Below, piece by piece: positions 17,201 to 24,741 of a DNA stretch of 29,569 nt; positions within the stretch are counted from its first letter, which is position 1, and the number at the start of each line of letters is the position of its first letter. The notes beneath the pieces were generated by a model. That model ran no database searches, was not told the DNA's origin, and saw nothing but the letters and a program-made list of their open reading frames with translations. The DNA is from a virus (taxonomy: Duplodnaviria > Caudoviricetes): IMG/VR virus record IMGVR_UViG_3300010412_000110, positions 1-29,569 of that record; one strand, 5' to 3'. A program made the translations under genes and the position numbers.

Positions 17201-17467
17201 TTATTTCAGATTAGCAGCTTCGATTCTAGGATCACGTTTGTATCCACGTTTCTTAGCTACTTCCGAAGCTCTTTCATTCTGCTTAACCATTTCTTCACGG
17301 ATAAGCTTTAGTTCTTCTTCTGTATAATATCGGAGAGTGACCATATAATTAGTGTTTGATACACCCTCCGATATTGGTTCAAAAGAGACTAACTTGGCAG
17401 TATCACCAAAGTAATCAAAGATAATTTTCTTGAAATCGTCTTTGGTCAATTCTGTATATACTGCCAT
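17201..17467 (-). CDS. Small protein whose N-terminus resembles type II homoserine kinase (ThrB/APH family)
   Basis: MAVYTELTKDDF...LVSFEPISEGVSNTNYMVT matches the ThrB-II start; catalytic core absent. Confidence 0.6.
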   Translation of the reverse strand: MAVYTELTKDDFKKIIFDYFGDTAKLVSFEPISEGVSNTNYMVTLRYYTEEELKLIREEMVKQNERASEVAKKRGYKRDPRIEAANLK

Positions 17468-17473
17468 TATATA

Positions 17474-17857
17474 TTACTTTCTACCAATTGTCAAGAGGTT
17501 AAATGCGTCCAACGGACCTTTTTTATCCTCTGCAATTGGGTATACTGCAATGGAAGTATGTTCACCACCATTAAGATCAGGCTCGAAAAATGCTTCATAC
17601 GCAAAACCAAACTTATTCAAAATAAGTTCAACTGCATTAAGAGCAGTCAGATTGCGTACACCAACCACAGTGAAATAAGTTTCGCGTGGATCGATTTGCA
17701 TACCGTGAAGTTGTGGTGGAGATACTATCCCATCACCTTCATACGGCGTCCCATGTTGGGAAAACACACCAAGTTGAAATGCAGCATGTGCAGTCTGAAC
17801 TACTTGATATTCAGGAGAGATATCCTGTCGTGTGAAAAAATAAGCATAATGTCTCAT
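17474..17857 (-). CDS. Peptidyl-tRNA hydrolase Pth2-like protein
   Basis: YFFTRQDI...VQTAHAA...TVVGV...FFEPDLNGGEHTSIAVYP pattern. Confidence 0.7.
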   Translation of the reverse strand: MRHYAYFFTRQDISPEYQVVQTAHAAFQLGVFSQHGTPYEGDGIVSPPQLHGMQIDPRETYFTVVGVRNLTALNAVELILNKFGFAYEAFFEPDLNGGEHTSIAVYPIAEDKKGPLDAFNLLTIGRK

Positions 17858-17858
17858 A

Positions 17859-18242
17859 TCAAAGATTCCTTACAAAGTCTTTATCAATCATAGCGGCAAG
17901 TTCACGGAATGTCAATAGCTCTTCATCCGTCAAAATTTCCATTACATCGACACCAAGGACAAATCCATTAGTCACTTTCCATTCACCATCAATCCACTTT
18001 CTACCACCACGAAGTTGATGGCTGAATCCATACATCGCATTGGTGATAGCCTGATAAGGATACTGCCTATGAGCACAGACCTTACCAGCGGTAAATGATT
18101 TTTTGAGAAAATGTTTGAGTATTGTTACCTTGTCTTCCGACTTGGCTTTGACAGTGCGATAGATGCATAGTGCAACCATATCTGCACAGGTTAGAGTCTT
18201 TGAGTGGGCCTTAGCCTTGAATGTTTCAATAAAATTAGTCAT
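17859..18242 (-). CDS. Hypothetical protein
   Basis: 127 aa from MTNFIETF with AAGGA RBS; directly upstream of the Pth2-like gene. Confidence 0.7.
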   Translation of the reverse strand: MTNFIETFKAKAHSKTLTCADMVALCIYRTVKAKSEDKVTILKHFLKKSFTAGKVCAHRQYPYQAITNAMYGFSHQLRGGRKWIDGEWKVTNGFVLGVDVMEILTDEELLTFRELAAMIDKDFVRNL

Positions 18243-18291
18243 AATAGGTTCCTTTAAATTACAGTTGAGTTTATTTGTGTTCAACTATAAT

Positions 18292-18345
18292 TTACGGTGG
18301 ACCTATTGCGTGATACGGCTAGCCGCCATGTCCTTCATTCGTCAT
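18292..18345 (-). promoter_or_regulatory. Putative leader peptide ORF with internal amber codon: MTNEGHGG(UAG)PYHAIGPP(UAA)
   Basis: AAGGAA RBS, ATG at 18345, TAG at 18321-18319, TAA at 18294-18292, followed by hairpin 18257-18292 just before the next RBS. Confidence 0.65.
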
Positions 18346-18364
18346 ATTATTGTTCCTTTTTTAA

Positions 18365-18679
18365 TTAGACAAAAAAGTGATGCACATCTTTCTTCGGATC
18401 ATACATCATATGTACATTATTATCTCTGTCGTGCAAATAAACAGTATCTTTAGATTTATGAATCTTATCTAGGTGACTCGGAATATCAACATGCTTGTTA
18501 AACTCCGATTTATTAATTTTCTTAGAATTTTCTTCACCTTGAGCAAAATCGGTTGTGTCTCTATATGGAAGATGGTGTACAACACACTCGCCATCATCAT
18601 CAAAAGAATTGACACAGTTTCCGACATATACTTTTTTACTTTGGCTTGATTCGTTCAAAAATGTTGTTAATGTTTTCAT
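18365..18679 (-). CDS. Putative internal head protein (capsid-targeting N-terminus)
   Basis: Starts MKTLTTFLNE; late promoter TATAAATA at 18712-18719 (-). Confidence 0.7.
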   Translation of the reverse strand: MKTLTTFLNESSQSKKVYVGNCVNSFDDDGECVVHHLPYRDTTDFAQGEENSKKINKSEFNKHVDIPSHLDKIHKSKDTVYLHDRDNNVHMMYDPKKDVHHFFV

Positions 18680-18728
18680 TAACATACCCTTTATTACTAC
18701 ACGACATATACTATTTATACATGAAACT

Positions 18729-18807
18729 TGGTGCCCTCTGTGGGACTCGAACCCACGCATGACAAATATTTAGAGTATTCCGCTCTAACCAACTGAGCTA
18801 AGAGAGC
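18729..18807 (-). tRNA. tRNA with anticodon CUA (amber suppressor)
   Basis: Full cloverleaf GCUCUCU...GAAUA-CUCUAAA-UAUUU...GUGGG-UUCGAGU-CCCAC-AGAGGGC-A-CCA. Confidence 0.85.
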
Positions 18808-18812
18808 ATATT

Positions 18813-18952
18813 CTACGGGATGGCGGTTCTTGATTTCGGGAACCTAATAAGACCTCTTCTATTGTTTCGGGTTGTGTCCCTATTCTAGTTTCACCTAGAC
18901 TTTGCTCTAAGAGTATCCGAAGATACGAGATATTGTGGCTGTAATCATCCCT
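18813..18952 (-). ncRNA. Y-RNA-like element F with multi-hairpin, non-tRNA cargo
   Basis: GGGAUG-AUUA-CAGCCA...GUAUC-UUCG-GAUAC, UCUAG-GUGAAA-CUAGA...CAUCCC-GUAG. Confidence 0.65.
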
Positions 18953-18955
18953 TTT

Positions 18956-18963
18956 TATAAATA
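18956..18963 (+). promoter_or_regulatory. T4-type late promoter for the endonuclease
   Basis: TATAAATA followed by a GTGATT...AATCAC hairpin before ATG 19004. Confidence 0.7.
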
Positions 18964-19003
18964 GATGTGATTCGCGGAATTGCCGTTCCCAATCACTCTA
19001 ATA

Positions 19004-19507
19004 ATGTCAACCGTTTATTTATACGTAAAACAGCATTCAATTACCGGACTCAAATATTTCGGTAAAACCATCAAAGACCCATACATATATAAAGGGTCTG
19101 GCAAATATTGGTTAAAGCACATTTCTAAACATGGTAGAGATAAAGTCGTAACTCTTCAAGTATGGAAATTTTCTAATCTAGAAGAAGCTACAGAATTTGC
19201 TCTAAAATTTTCATTAGATAATAACATTGTAGAATCTAATGAATGGGCTAATCTTATGTTAGAGAATGGTATAAATGGCGGGGCTGTAGAAAACAATTAT
19301 TTTAAAATTTTTAATAAATTACCAAGAACAAAATCTCATGGTTCAAATATTTCTAAATCTAAAAAAGGAAAAGCAACCAAAAAATATCCTGTAATGGTGA
19401 ATAATATTGTTTATGAATCGTATGCAGAAGCATCTAGAATTATTGGTGTGTCCGATCAAACCATTATTAATTGGACAAAATCTGGCAAAGCAGTTTCACT
19501 TCGTTAA
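19004..19507 (+). mobile_element. Free-standing GIY-YIG (Seg-like) homing endonuclease
   Basis: VYLYVKQHSITGLKYFGKT..DP..YKGSG..W; C-terminal NUMOD/HTH-like YESYAEASRIIGVS; opposite orientation to neighbours. Confidence 0.85.
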
Positions 19508-19509
19508 AC

Positions 19510-19560
19510 TTAGATGAACACACTCACGCTTTGTAAGCCATTTGAATATGTTCATCTAAG
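19510..19560. terminator. Inverted repeat between the convergent endonuclease and tmRNA
   Basis: CTTAGATGAACA...TGTTCATCTAAG, perfect 12-bp stem. Confidence 0.5.
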
Positions 19561-19890
19561 TGGTGGGTTTCTGTTACGAGGTACCCACCGAACCCTTACA
19601 GATCATGCAGCTAAGCGCATATCCATAATGTCGTTATCATTTGCAGCGACATTTAGTTTTTGTGGGCACTTTACCCAAGCAATCAGTCTCGGACTTCCTA
19701 TTCCACGAAAATCGAATCCCAAGGTCACCCCCATCATCTACTAACTTGAAACGCCGTGCATTACAAGTGTAAGTTACCCCTTTCGGGTGTCCTTGAACAG
19801 TAGGCATCGAACCTACCAAGTTAGTAGATGGTGGAGGTGGGGGGAGTCGAACCCCCGTCTTTCCGCCTTTATTGTTGCCTGTCAACAACT
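19561..19890 (-). ncRNA. ssrA: Two-piece (circularly permuted) tmRNA, tag ANDNDIMDMRLAA
   Basis: Acceptor piece ends GGGGG-UUCGACU-CCCCC-CACCUCC-ACCA (19829); coding piece starts GGGGGUG (19732), giving G3:U70; tag ORF 19644-19603. Confidence 0.93.
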
Positions 19891-19899
19891 GATAATCTA

Positions 19900-19928
19900 T
19901 ATATACGACATTGTGATTCGATTGTCAA
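19900..19928 (-). promoter_or_regulatory. Sigma70-like promoter of tmRNA
   Basis: TTGACA-N17-TATATA. Confidence 0.7.
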
Positions 19929-19936
19929 GTGTCGTA

Positions 19937-20074
19937 TCAATTTTTCTTTTTATTCTTGCGCTTTCTAATCGTCTGAGGATGTACAGTCTTACCAACCCAA
20001 TATTCAGGTATTAGAACAAGTTTACCTCGCCTGACACGATAAAAATTATTTCCAATAAGAATTCTTTTAGCCAT
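19937..20074 (-). CDS. Small basic hypothetical protein (45 aa)
   Basis: Not in ORF track. MAKRILIGNNFYRVRRGKLVLIPEYWVGKTVHPQTIRKRKNKKKN, starts 3 nt after upstream stop. Confidence 0.6.
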   Translation of the reverse strand: MAKRILIGNNFYRVRRGKLVLIPEYWVGKTVHPQTIRKRKNKKKN

Positions 20075-20077
20075 GGA

Positions 20078-20653
20078 TTATCCTTCACTTTCAATAACGA
20101 TATCGTAAATTTCTTTCCAGTTCTTCACGATAGGAACGACTGTGTGATCCATGTTATGTCCATGTTCCACGAGAAGCGACTTTAGACCATATTCGTGTCC
20201 AAGTACAGCATTTTCTTCCTTATCCTCTAGCCAAAATAGACCAGAGTTACGATAAGGCTCAAGTGCATCATCCTTATCAGCACCAGTAGCCAAGCATACC
20301 ACATCTTCGATAGCCGTACCAAACAGCTTTTCAAGATTCTTCACACGAAGCTTCTTTGCATATTGATTTGTACTGAGACTTGTGATAACATGAAAAATAT
20401 AACCATGTTCTTCATGAAGCTTCTTTACATAGTACATAGCATCACGAAGTGGAGGTAGGAATCCAATAGCAGCAGACTCATTGAATACCTTAATCAACTG
20501 TGTAGCCTGTTCTCTGCTGATACCATATCGGATACCAATGTCATAGTCTAGACGAGTCTTACATGTAAATCCATGTTCTTCCATCCAGCAATCAAAGGCA
20601 AACTCCCAATTAAGGAGTACACCATCACAGTCAGTAAGGATAAGCTTCTTCAT
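20078..20653 (-). CDS. HAD-superfamily phosphatase/nucleotidase (T4 gp30.2-like)
   Basis: ILTDCDGVLLNW (DxDG), ITS, KD, WLEDK. Confidence 0.85.
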   Translation of the reverse strand: MKKLILTDCDGVLLNWEFAFDCWMEEHGFTCKTRLDYDIGIRYGISREQATQLIKVFNESAAIGFLPPLRDAMYYVKKLHEEHGYIFHVITSLSTNQYAKKLRVKNLEKLFGTAIEDVVCLATGADKDDALEPYRNSGLFWLEDKEENAVLGHEYGLKSLLVEHGHNMDHTVVPIVKNWKEIYDIVIESEG

Positions 20654-20697
20654 ATATATTTCTCCATATAATATAATGTATTTTAAACCACACATGG

Positions 20698-20726
20698 ATT
20701 ATACACATGATGGTCTACCCTGTCAA
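20698..20726 (-). promoter_or_regulatory. Consensus sigma70 early promoter
   Basis: TTGACA-N17-TATAAT, perfect match. Confidence 0.85.
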
Positions 20727-20752
20727 CCCTTGACCACACATTTTGTTTGGAT

Positions 20753-20760
20753 TATAAATA
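20753..20760 (+). promoter_or_regulatory. T4-type late promoter of the ADP-ribosyltransferase operon
   Basis: TATAAATA. Confidence 0.75.
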
Positions 20761-20795
20761 CAGGGAATATCATATCACAGATCAGGATATCCATT

Positions 20796-21011
20796 ATGAA
20801 ATTAAAGAAATTCAGAAGCTTTGTCAGACAGCATTATACGCTGTATGGTCCAAAAAAGAGAAAAGAAATCGAAAGTAGACCAGAGCACATCGACAAGATT
20901 GTAGACTCTACTACACAGGCATTGGGTACTTCAAGTCGTTATCATAACGTTCTTCCACATCCATACCATCCACACGTTCATGAAGAGAATGAAAATAATG
21001 AAGAAATTTAA
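20796..21011 (+). CDS. Small hypothetical protein heading the ART operon
   Basis: MKLKKFRSFV...PHPYHPHVHEE; AGGA RBS. Confidence 0.6.
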   Translation: MKLKKFRSFVRQHYTLYGPKKRKEIESRPEHIDKIVDSTTQALGTSSRYHNVLPHPYHPHVHEENENNEEI

Positions 21012-21894
21012 GGATTTCATTGAAGAAGGACGAGGTATTAAGTCTGTCCACGCTGATCCTGTTCATGGTAAGCATTCGCAGAAGAAAGATGTTGGTATTG
21101 TCTCCATTCATGCTGATCCAACTCATGGCAAACACTCGCAGGTAAAGTCTAAGCAGAGAAGTCTTAAGTTTACTAAGGAAGATGCTGTAGACCCGTATTC
21201 TAAAGCACATTGGTATAACGAACACGACAATAATCATATCGGTTCTGACAAGGATGAAGTTCACGAAAAGTTAAATCCAGAAGAAAAACACTGGAATTCT
21301 TTCAAACATAGCGAACACCTTCACAATTACAGCAGTTCCAGTAATAGTTTGAATCGTGAATTGATTAATCGTGATAAGGGCCAAGAGCATATGTCTTATT
21401 ATGACAATCATATCAAAGGTCTTGATGCACACTTGGCTGGCACTAGTCTAAAGCACGACCATTTGAATGTTTACCACGGCACACGTTCTTGGAATCCGGC
21501 CACAGAGCTAAAGAAGACCAAGGACAATACTTTACACATTCCTACCTACCTGTCAACTTCTATTCATAAGAAGACAGCAGGTTCGTTTGCTGGGTCTGAA
21601 GATTATGATGGTCATGGTCGCCATATCATTCACATTAAAGTGCAGAAGGGTCAGAAAGGCCAGTACCTTGGTAGCCACTCTGCTTATCCAGAAGAACACG
21701 AATTCCTTATGCCACGTGGACAGAAGCTTAAGTTCCATCCAGAGCCTAAGGTAGTTCACGATCACGCTGGACCTGTTCATATCTGGACAGCACATGCTAT
21801 TCAGGATAAGGAATTCCATCACGATCCACAAGACGATAGCCGCAATCAGCTTAAGTTCAGTTTTATGAAATCTAGAAGAAGAACAGCAGAATGA
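20998..21894 (+). CDS. Alt/VIP2-like ADP-ribosyltransferase paralog 1
   Basis: YS..S..LNRELI, LNVYHG, YLSTSI, EEHEFLMPRG; N-terminus MKKFKDFIEE. Confidence 0.85.
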   Translation: MKKFKDFIEEGRGIKSVHADPVHGKHSQKKDVGIVSIHADPTHGKHSQVKSKQRSLKFTKEDAVDPYSKAHWYNEHDNNHIGSDKDEVHEKLNPEEKHWNSFKHSEHLHNYSSSSNSLNRELINRDKGQEHMSYYDNHIKGLDAHLAGTSLKHDHLNVYHGTRSWNPATELKKTKDNTLHIPTYLSTSIHKKTAGSFAGSEDYDGHGRHIIHIKVQKGQKGQYLGSHSAYPEEHEFLMPRGQKLKFHPEPKVVHDHAGPVHIWTAHAIQDKEFHHDPQDDSRNQLKFSFMKSRRRTAE

Positions 21895-22775
21895 TTTTAA
21901 AAGATTTTATTGAAGAAAGTAAGAAGCGTGGAGTCATCCTTGCTCAACCTGTTCATGGTAAGCACTCTAAAGAGCCTGTAAGCCATAATGGTGTTATTCT
22001 TGTCGATCCTGTACACGGTAAGCATTCCCGTCCTACGTCTGAGGACAAAGGACATAAAGTCAATGAGGCATACCAAAATCAATATTCAAAGAGTCCAGAG
22101 GGACACGAGCATTTTATTGATTTTGGAAATAAAAACTATAATGATCATCTTGGCGAACACGTTGCAGACGTTCATAAAAAGCTTGATCTGCCTTCACACA
22201 AATATGAAGAAAATCCACATCACGCCGCATTATCAAGATATAGTGTAAGTTCTTACCATCTTAATAACGGTCTTATTAATCGTGCCGCTGGTAGATCAAA
22301 TGTTTGGGATCATACAAAGTATGATACTGCGGAAGAAAAACAATCCAAAAATAAAAGAAAAGAACGTTTTGAAAATGATGTGAAGGATTTGGACAATTCT
22401 TTCAAACATCCTCACGCAAGACTGCAACACGACCTTCATGTTTTTCATGGCACAACAAGATTTAATCCGGGAGAAGAAGCCGCAAAGAATGGCGGTAAAA
22501 TTACTCTTCCCGGATACACATCAACTTCTATTAATGCAAGCAACGCTCTTGATTTTGCAGAGGCTGGCCAATCCCACAATTCTCATGTCATTCATATTCA
22601 TTTGAAGAAGGGTCAAAAGGCACATTATCTGGGTAGTAATTCAGCAGTACCAGAAGAACAAGAAGCCTTACTCCCAAGAAATACTACCTTGCGTGTTCAT
22701 CCAAAACCGACTATACTCCATAGTGGAACAAAAGGTAAGCTTACGCATATTTGGCACGGACATATTGAGGAATAA
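21891..22775 (+). CDS. Alt/VIP2-like ADP-ribosyltransferase paralog 2
   Basis: LHVFHG, YTSTSI, EEQEALLPRN; N-terminus MILKDFIEE. Confidence 0.85.
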   Translation: MILKDFIEESKKRGVILAQPVHGKHSKEPVSHNGVILVDPVHGKHSRPTSEDKGHKVNEAYQNQYSKSPEGHEHFIDFGNKNYNDHLGEHVADVHKKLDLPSHKYEENPHHAALSRYSVSSYHLNNGLINRAAGRSNVWDHTKYDTAEEKQSKNKRKERFENDVKDLDNSFKHPHARLQHDLHVFHGTTRFNPGEEAAKNGGKITLPGYTSTSINASNALDFAEAGQSHNSHVIHIHLKKGQKAHYLGSNSAVPEEQEALLPRNTTLRVHPKPTILHSGTKGKLTHIWHGHIEE

Positions 22776-22777
22776 TA

Positions 22778-23701
22778 ATGAAAAGTTTTAAAGAGTTTGT
22801 CAGAAGAGCAACTTCTAATGTAGCTGATTACGTGCCTTCACATGGTGGTCATGCTAAGGTTTCCGATAAGAAGAATACCGCTGACTACACACCTTCACAC
22901 GGTAAGCACAGCGAAAAGACTCATAAAGAGTCTTACGATATTCAGGAAGCCAGAGCACCAAAGACTACCGATTGGTATCACTTTAATGGACACAACCCGA
23001 ACCCACATGTTGGTGGTGATGTTGAAGGTGTACATAATGCACTTGAACATAGTCATGAAGATTGGGAAAATAAACACCAAGAGCATGAAAAAGAGGCTGT
23101 AAAGAATTACACCAGAAGCAGCAGAGATTTGAATATGCATCTTATCGATACTGGCAACGGTAGAAAGTCACATTTGGAAGATCATCCTGACGATAGTGAT
23201 GCAACCAAAGATTGGAAAAGAGGCAAGAGAGAACAGACACATGAGACAATCAAAGGTCTTGATTCCATCTTAGGAAAATCAAAAACCAAGCATAGTTTGA
23301 CGGTATTCCATGGTATGAATATGGAAACAAGTAAGACCTTTAATCCGGGTGAAGCGGCTAGCCATCATCCAGAAAGACACGTTACATTTCCTTCATACCT
23401 ATCAACCTCTATTAAACCAGAAGTTGCTTCTTCATTTGCCAGACCAGCAAGAGGCTATGCCGCAAATGAAGCACACAATGAACCTTCACCGCATCCAACA
23501 CATGTCCTTAGAATCAAGATGAAGAAGGGTCAAAAAGGATACAAGTATGTTGGGGATCGCTCTGCTCTTCCCGGCGAATATGAAGGTATCTTGAAAAGAA
23601 ATACGACTCTAAAGATTGCAAAGAAACCAGAAGTTGTACAACATCCTTCTGGTGGTCAAATGCATGTTTGGAATGCTAGAATCGTAGATGACAAAGACTA
23701 A
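22778..23701 (+). CDS. Alt/VIP2-like ADP-ribosyltransferase paralog 3
   Basis: LTVFHG, YLSTSI, GEYEGILKRN; N-terminus MKSFKEFV. Confidence 0.85.
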   Translation: MKSFKEFVRRATSNVADYVPSHGGHAKVSDKKNTADYTPSHGKHSEKTHKESYDIQEARAPKTTDWYHFNGHNPNPHVGGDVEGVHNALEHSHEDWENKHQEHEKEAVKNYTRSSRDLNMHLIDTGNGRKSHLEDHPDDSDATKDWKRGKREQTHETIKGLDSILGKSKTKHSLTVFHGMNMETSKTFNPGEAASHHPERHVTFPSYLSTSIKPEVASSFARPARGYAANEAHNEPSPHPTHVLRIKMKKGQKGYKYVGDRSALPGEYEGILKRNTTLKIAKKPEVVQHPSGGQMHVWNARIVDDKD

Positions 23702-23705
23702 AATG

Positions 23706-23730
23706 AGAATGGCCCCGAAGGGCCATTCTT
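23706..23730. terminator. Intrinsic terminator between convergent operons
   Basis: AGAATGGCCC-CGAA-GGGCCATTCT-TT. Confidence 0.85.
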
Positions 23731-24077
23731 TAAATTACATATCTGCCATATGACTTCTTTTTGGGCTTATCCTGCATATTGTATCCAGCCCACCAAAACT
23801 GCTCATATAGATCGTGTAGATCATCACGAGCAACACTATTCTTAAAGTTAGAATAGTTGATATTCAGAATGCGCTCATACATGATATCAGCAAGTTCCTG
23901 CTTCGTAACAAAGACACGATACTTGTAGTCAGTGCCAGCGTCTTCGATGATTTCCTTGTCGGGAAAGATATCTTCTAGGTCACGACGAAAACGAGCACGA
24001 ACCTTTAGAGTATTGCCAGTATCATCATCACGATCAATTACGGCAGAAATAAAACCATCATTATTGCAAAACCACAT
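23730..24077 (-). CDS. Hypothetical protein
   Basis: 115 aa with AGGAG RBS; MW....GFISAV...LKVRAR...DYKYR...INYSNFK. Confidence 0.75.
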   Translation of the reverse strand: MWFCNNDGFISAVIDRDDDTGNTLKVRARFRRDLEDIFPDKEIIEDAGTDYKYRVFVTKQELADIMYERILNINYSNFKNSVARDDLHDLYEQFWWAGYNMQDKPKKKSYGRYVI

Positions 24078-24090
24078 TATAAAACTCCTT

Positions 24091-24726
24091 TCACTTATAA
24101 CGTTTTTGTAACTCTTTCACTATAGGCGCATCTGACGGGTGTGTCAATACCTTGTGTAAATGTTTTACTGGTACTAGGGAAACTGCTTGTGATTCCCATC
24201 CCATATCAGAAGGGTGTCCACCAGTGCGCTCACCTGTGTAGTAACGAGCAACAGACGTTGTGCGTTCTGTGTCGCCAAGGTGTCCAGTAAGCTTAGCCTT
24301 TAGACCAGACTCTTCATGGACTTCCTTAAGAGCATTCTCGTGCATATTAAGACCATGTTCTACAGTTCCCTTAGGGAGAGTAGCATGATATCCACCAAAC
24401 TGATTGGTAGGATGCACAACCCACACACGATGAGAACCGTCATGATGCTTTTCGATCATGGCAACACCAACAGACTGTTTCTTTCCGTTTCTAGGTGTCA
24501 TTAGTGGCGGTTCACGGAATCCACCTTGACCATGTACACCTTTCCAGCTATCTGGTGTAGGATGCTTTTTAAAAGGCACCCCATTTAATTCATGTGGTAC
24601 GCCATCATGGTTAGGTGTAGTGGTAGCATGTGCCTCAGGATCGTGCCAATGCTCTGTAGGACTTGGTGTATGGGGATCACGAATTCTTACGCTATCCCCA
24701 TAATCGTCTCTTTTAGGATGAATCAT
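24091..24726 (-). CDS. Nudix hydrolase
   Basis: Nudix box LPKGTVEHGLNMHENALKEVHEESGL. Confidence 0.9.
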   Translation of the reverse strand: MIHPKRDDYGDSVRIRDPHTPSPTEHWHDPEAHATTTPNHDGVPHELNGVPFKKHPTPDSWKGVHGQGGFREPPLMTPRNGKKQSVGVAMIEKHHDGSHRVWVVHPTNQFGGYHATLPKGTVEHGLNMHENALKEVHEESGLKAKLTGHLGDTERTTSVARYYTGERTGGHPSDMGWESQAVSLVPVKHLHKVLTHPSDAPIVKELQKRYK

Positions 24727-24741
24727 CTTACTGTCCTTATA

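Noticed and set aside
18680-18760. N-terminal extension of ORF 18365-18760 (likewise 26870-27112 and 24790-25563)
   Set aside because: Extensions run through tRNA genes or an upstream gene; downstream ATGs with RBS or promoter fit better
16063-18952. CRISPR array
   Set aside because: Repeats conserve structure rather than sequence, spacing is irregular, and no cas genes are present
19514-20014. ORF-track entries 19514-19744, 19637-19888 and 19787-20014
   Set aside because: They overlap the tmRNA gene and its promoter and have no protein motifs
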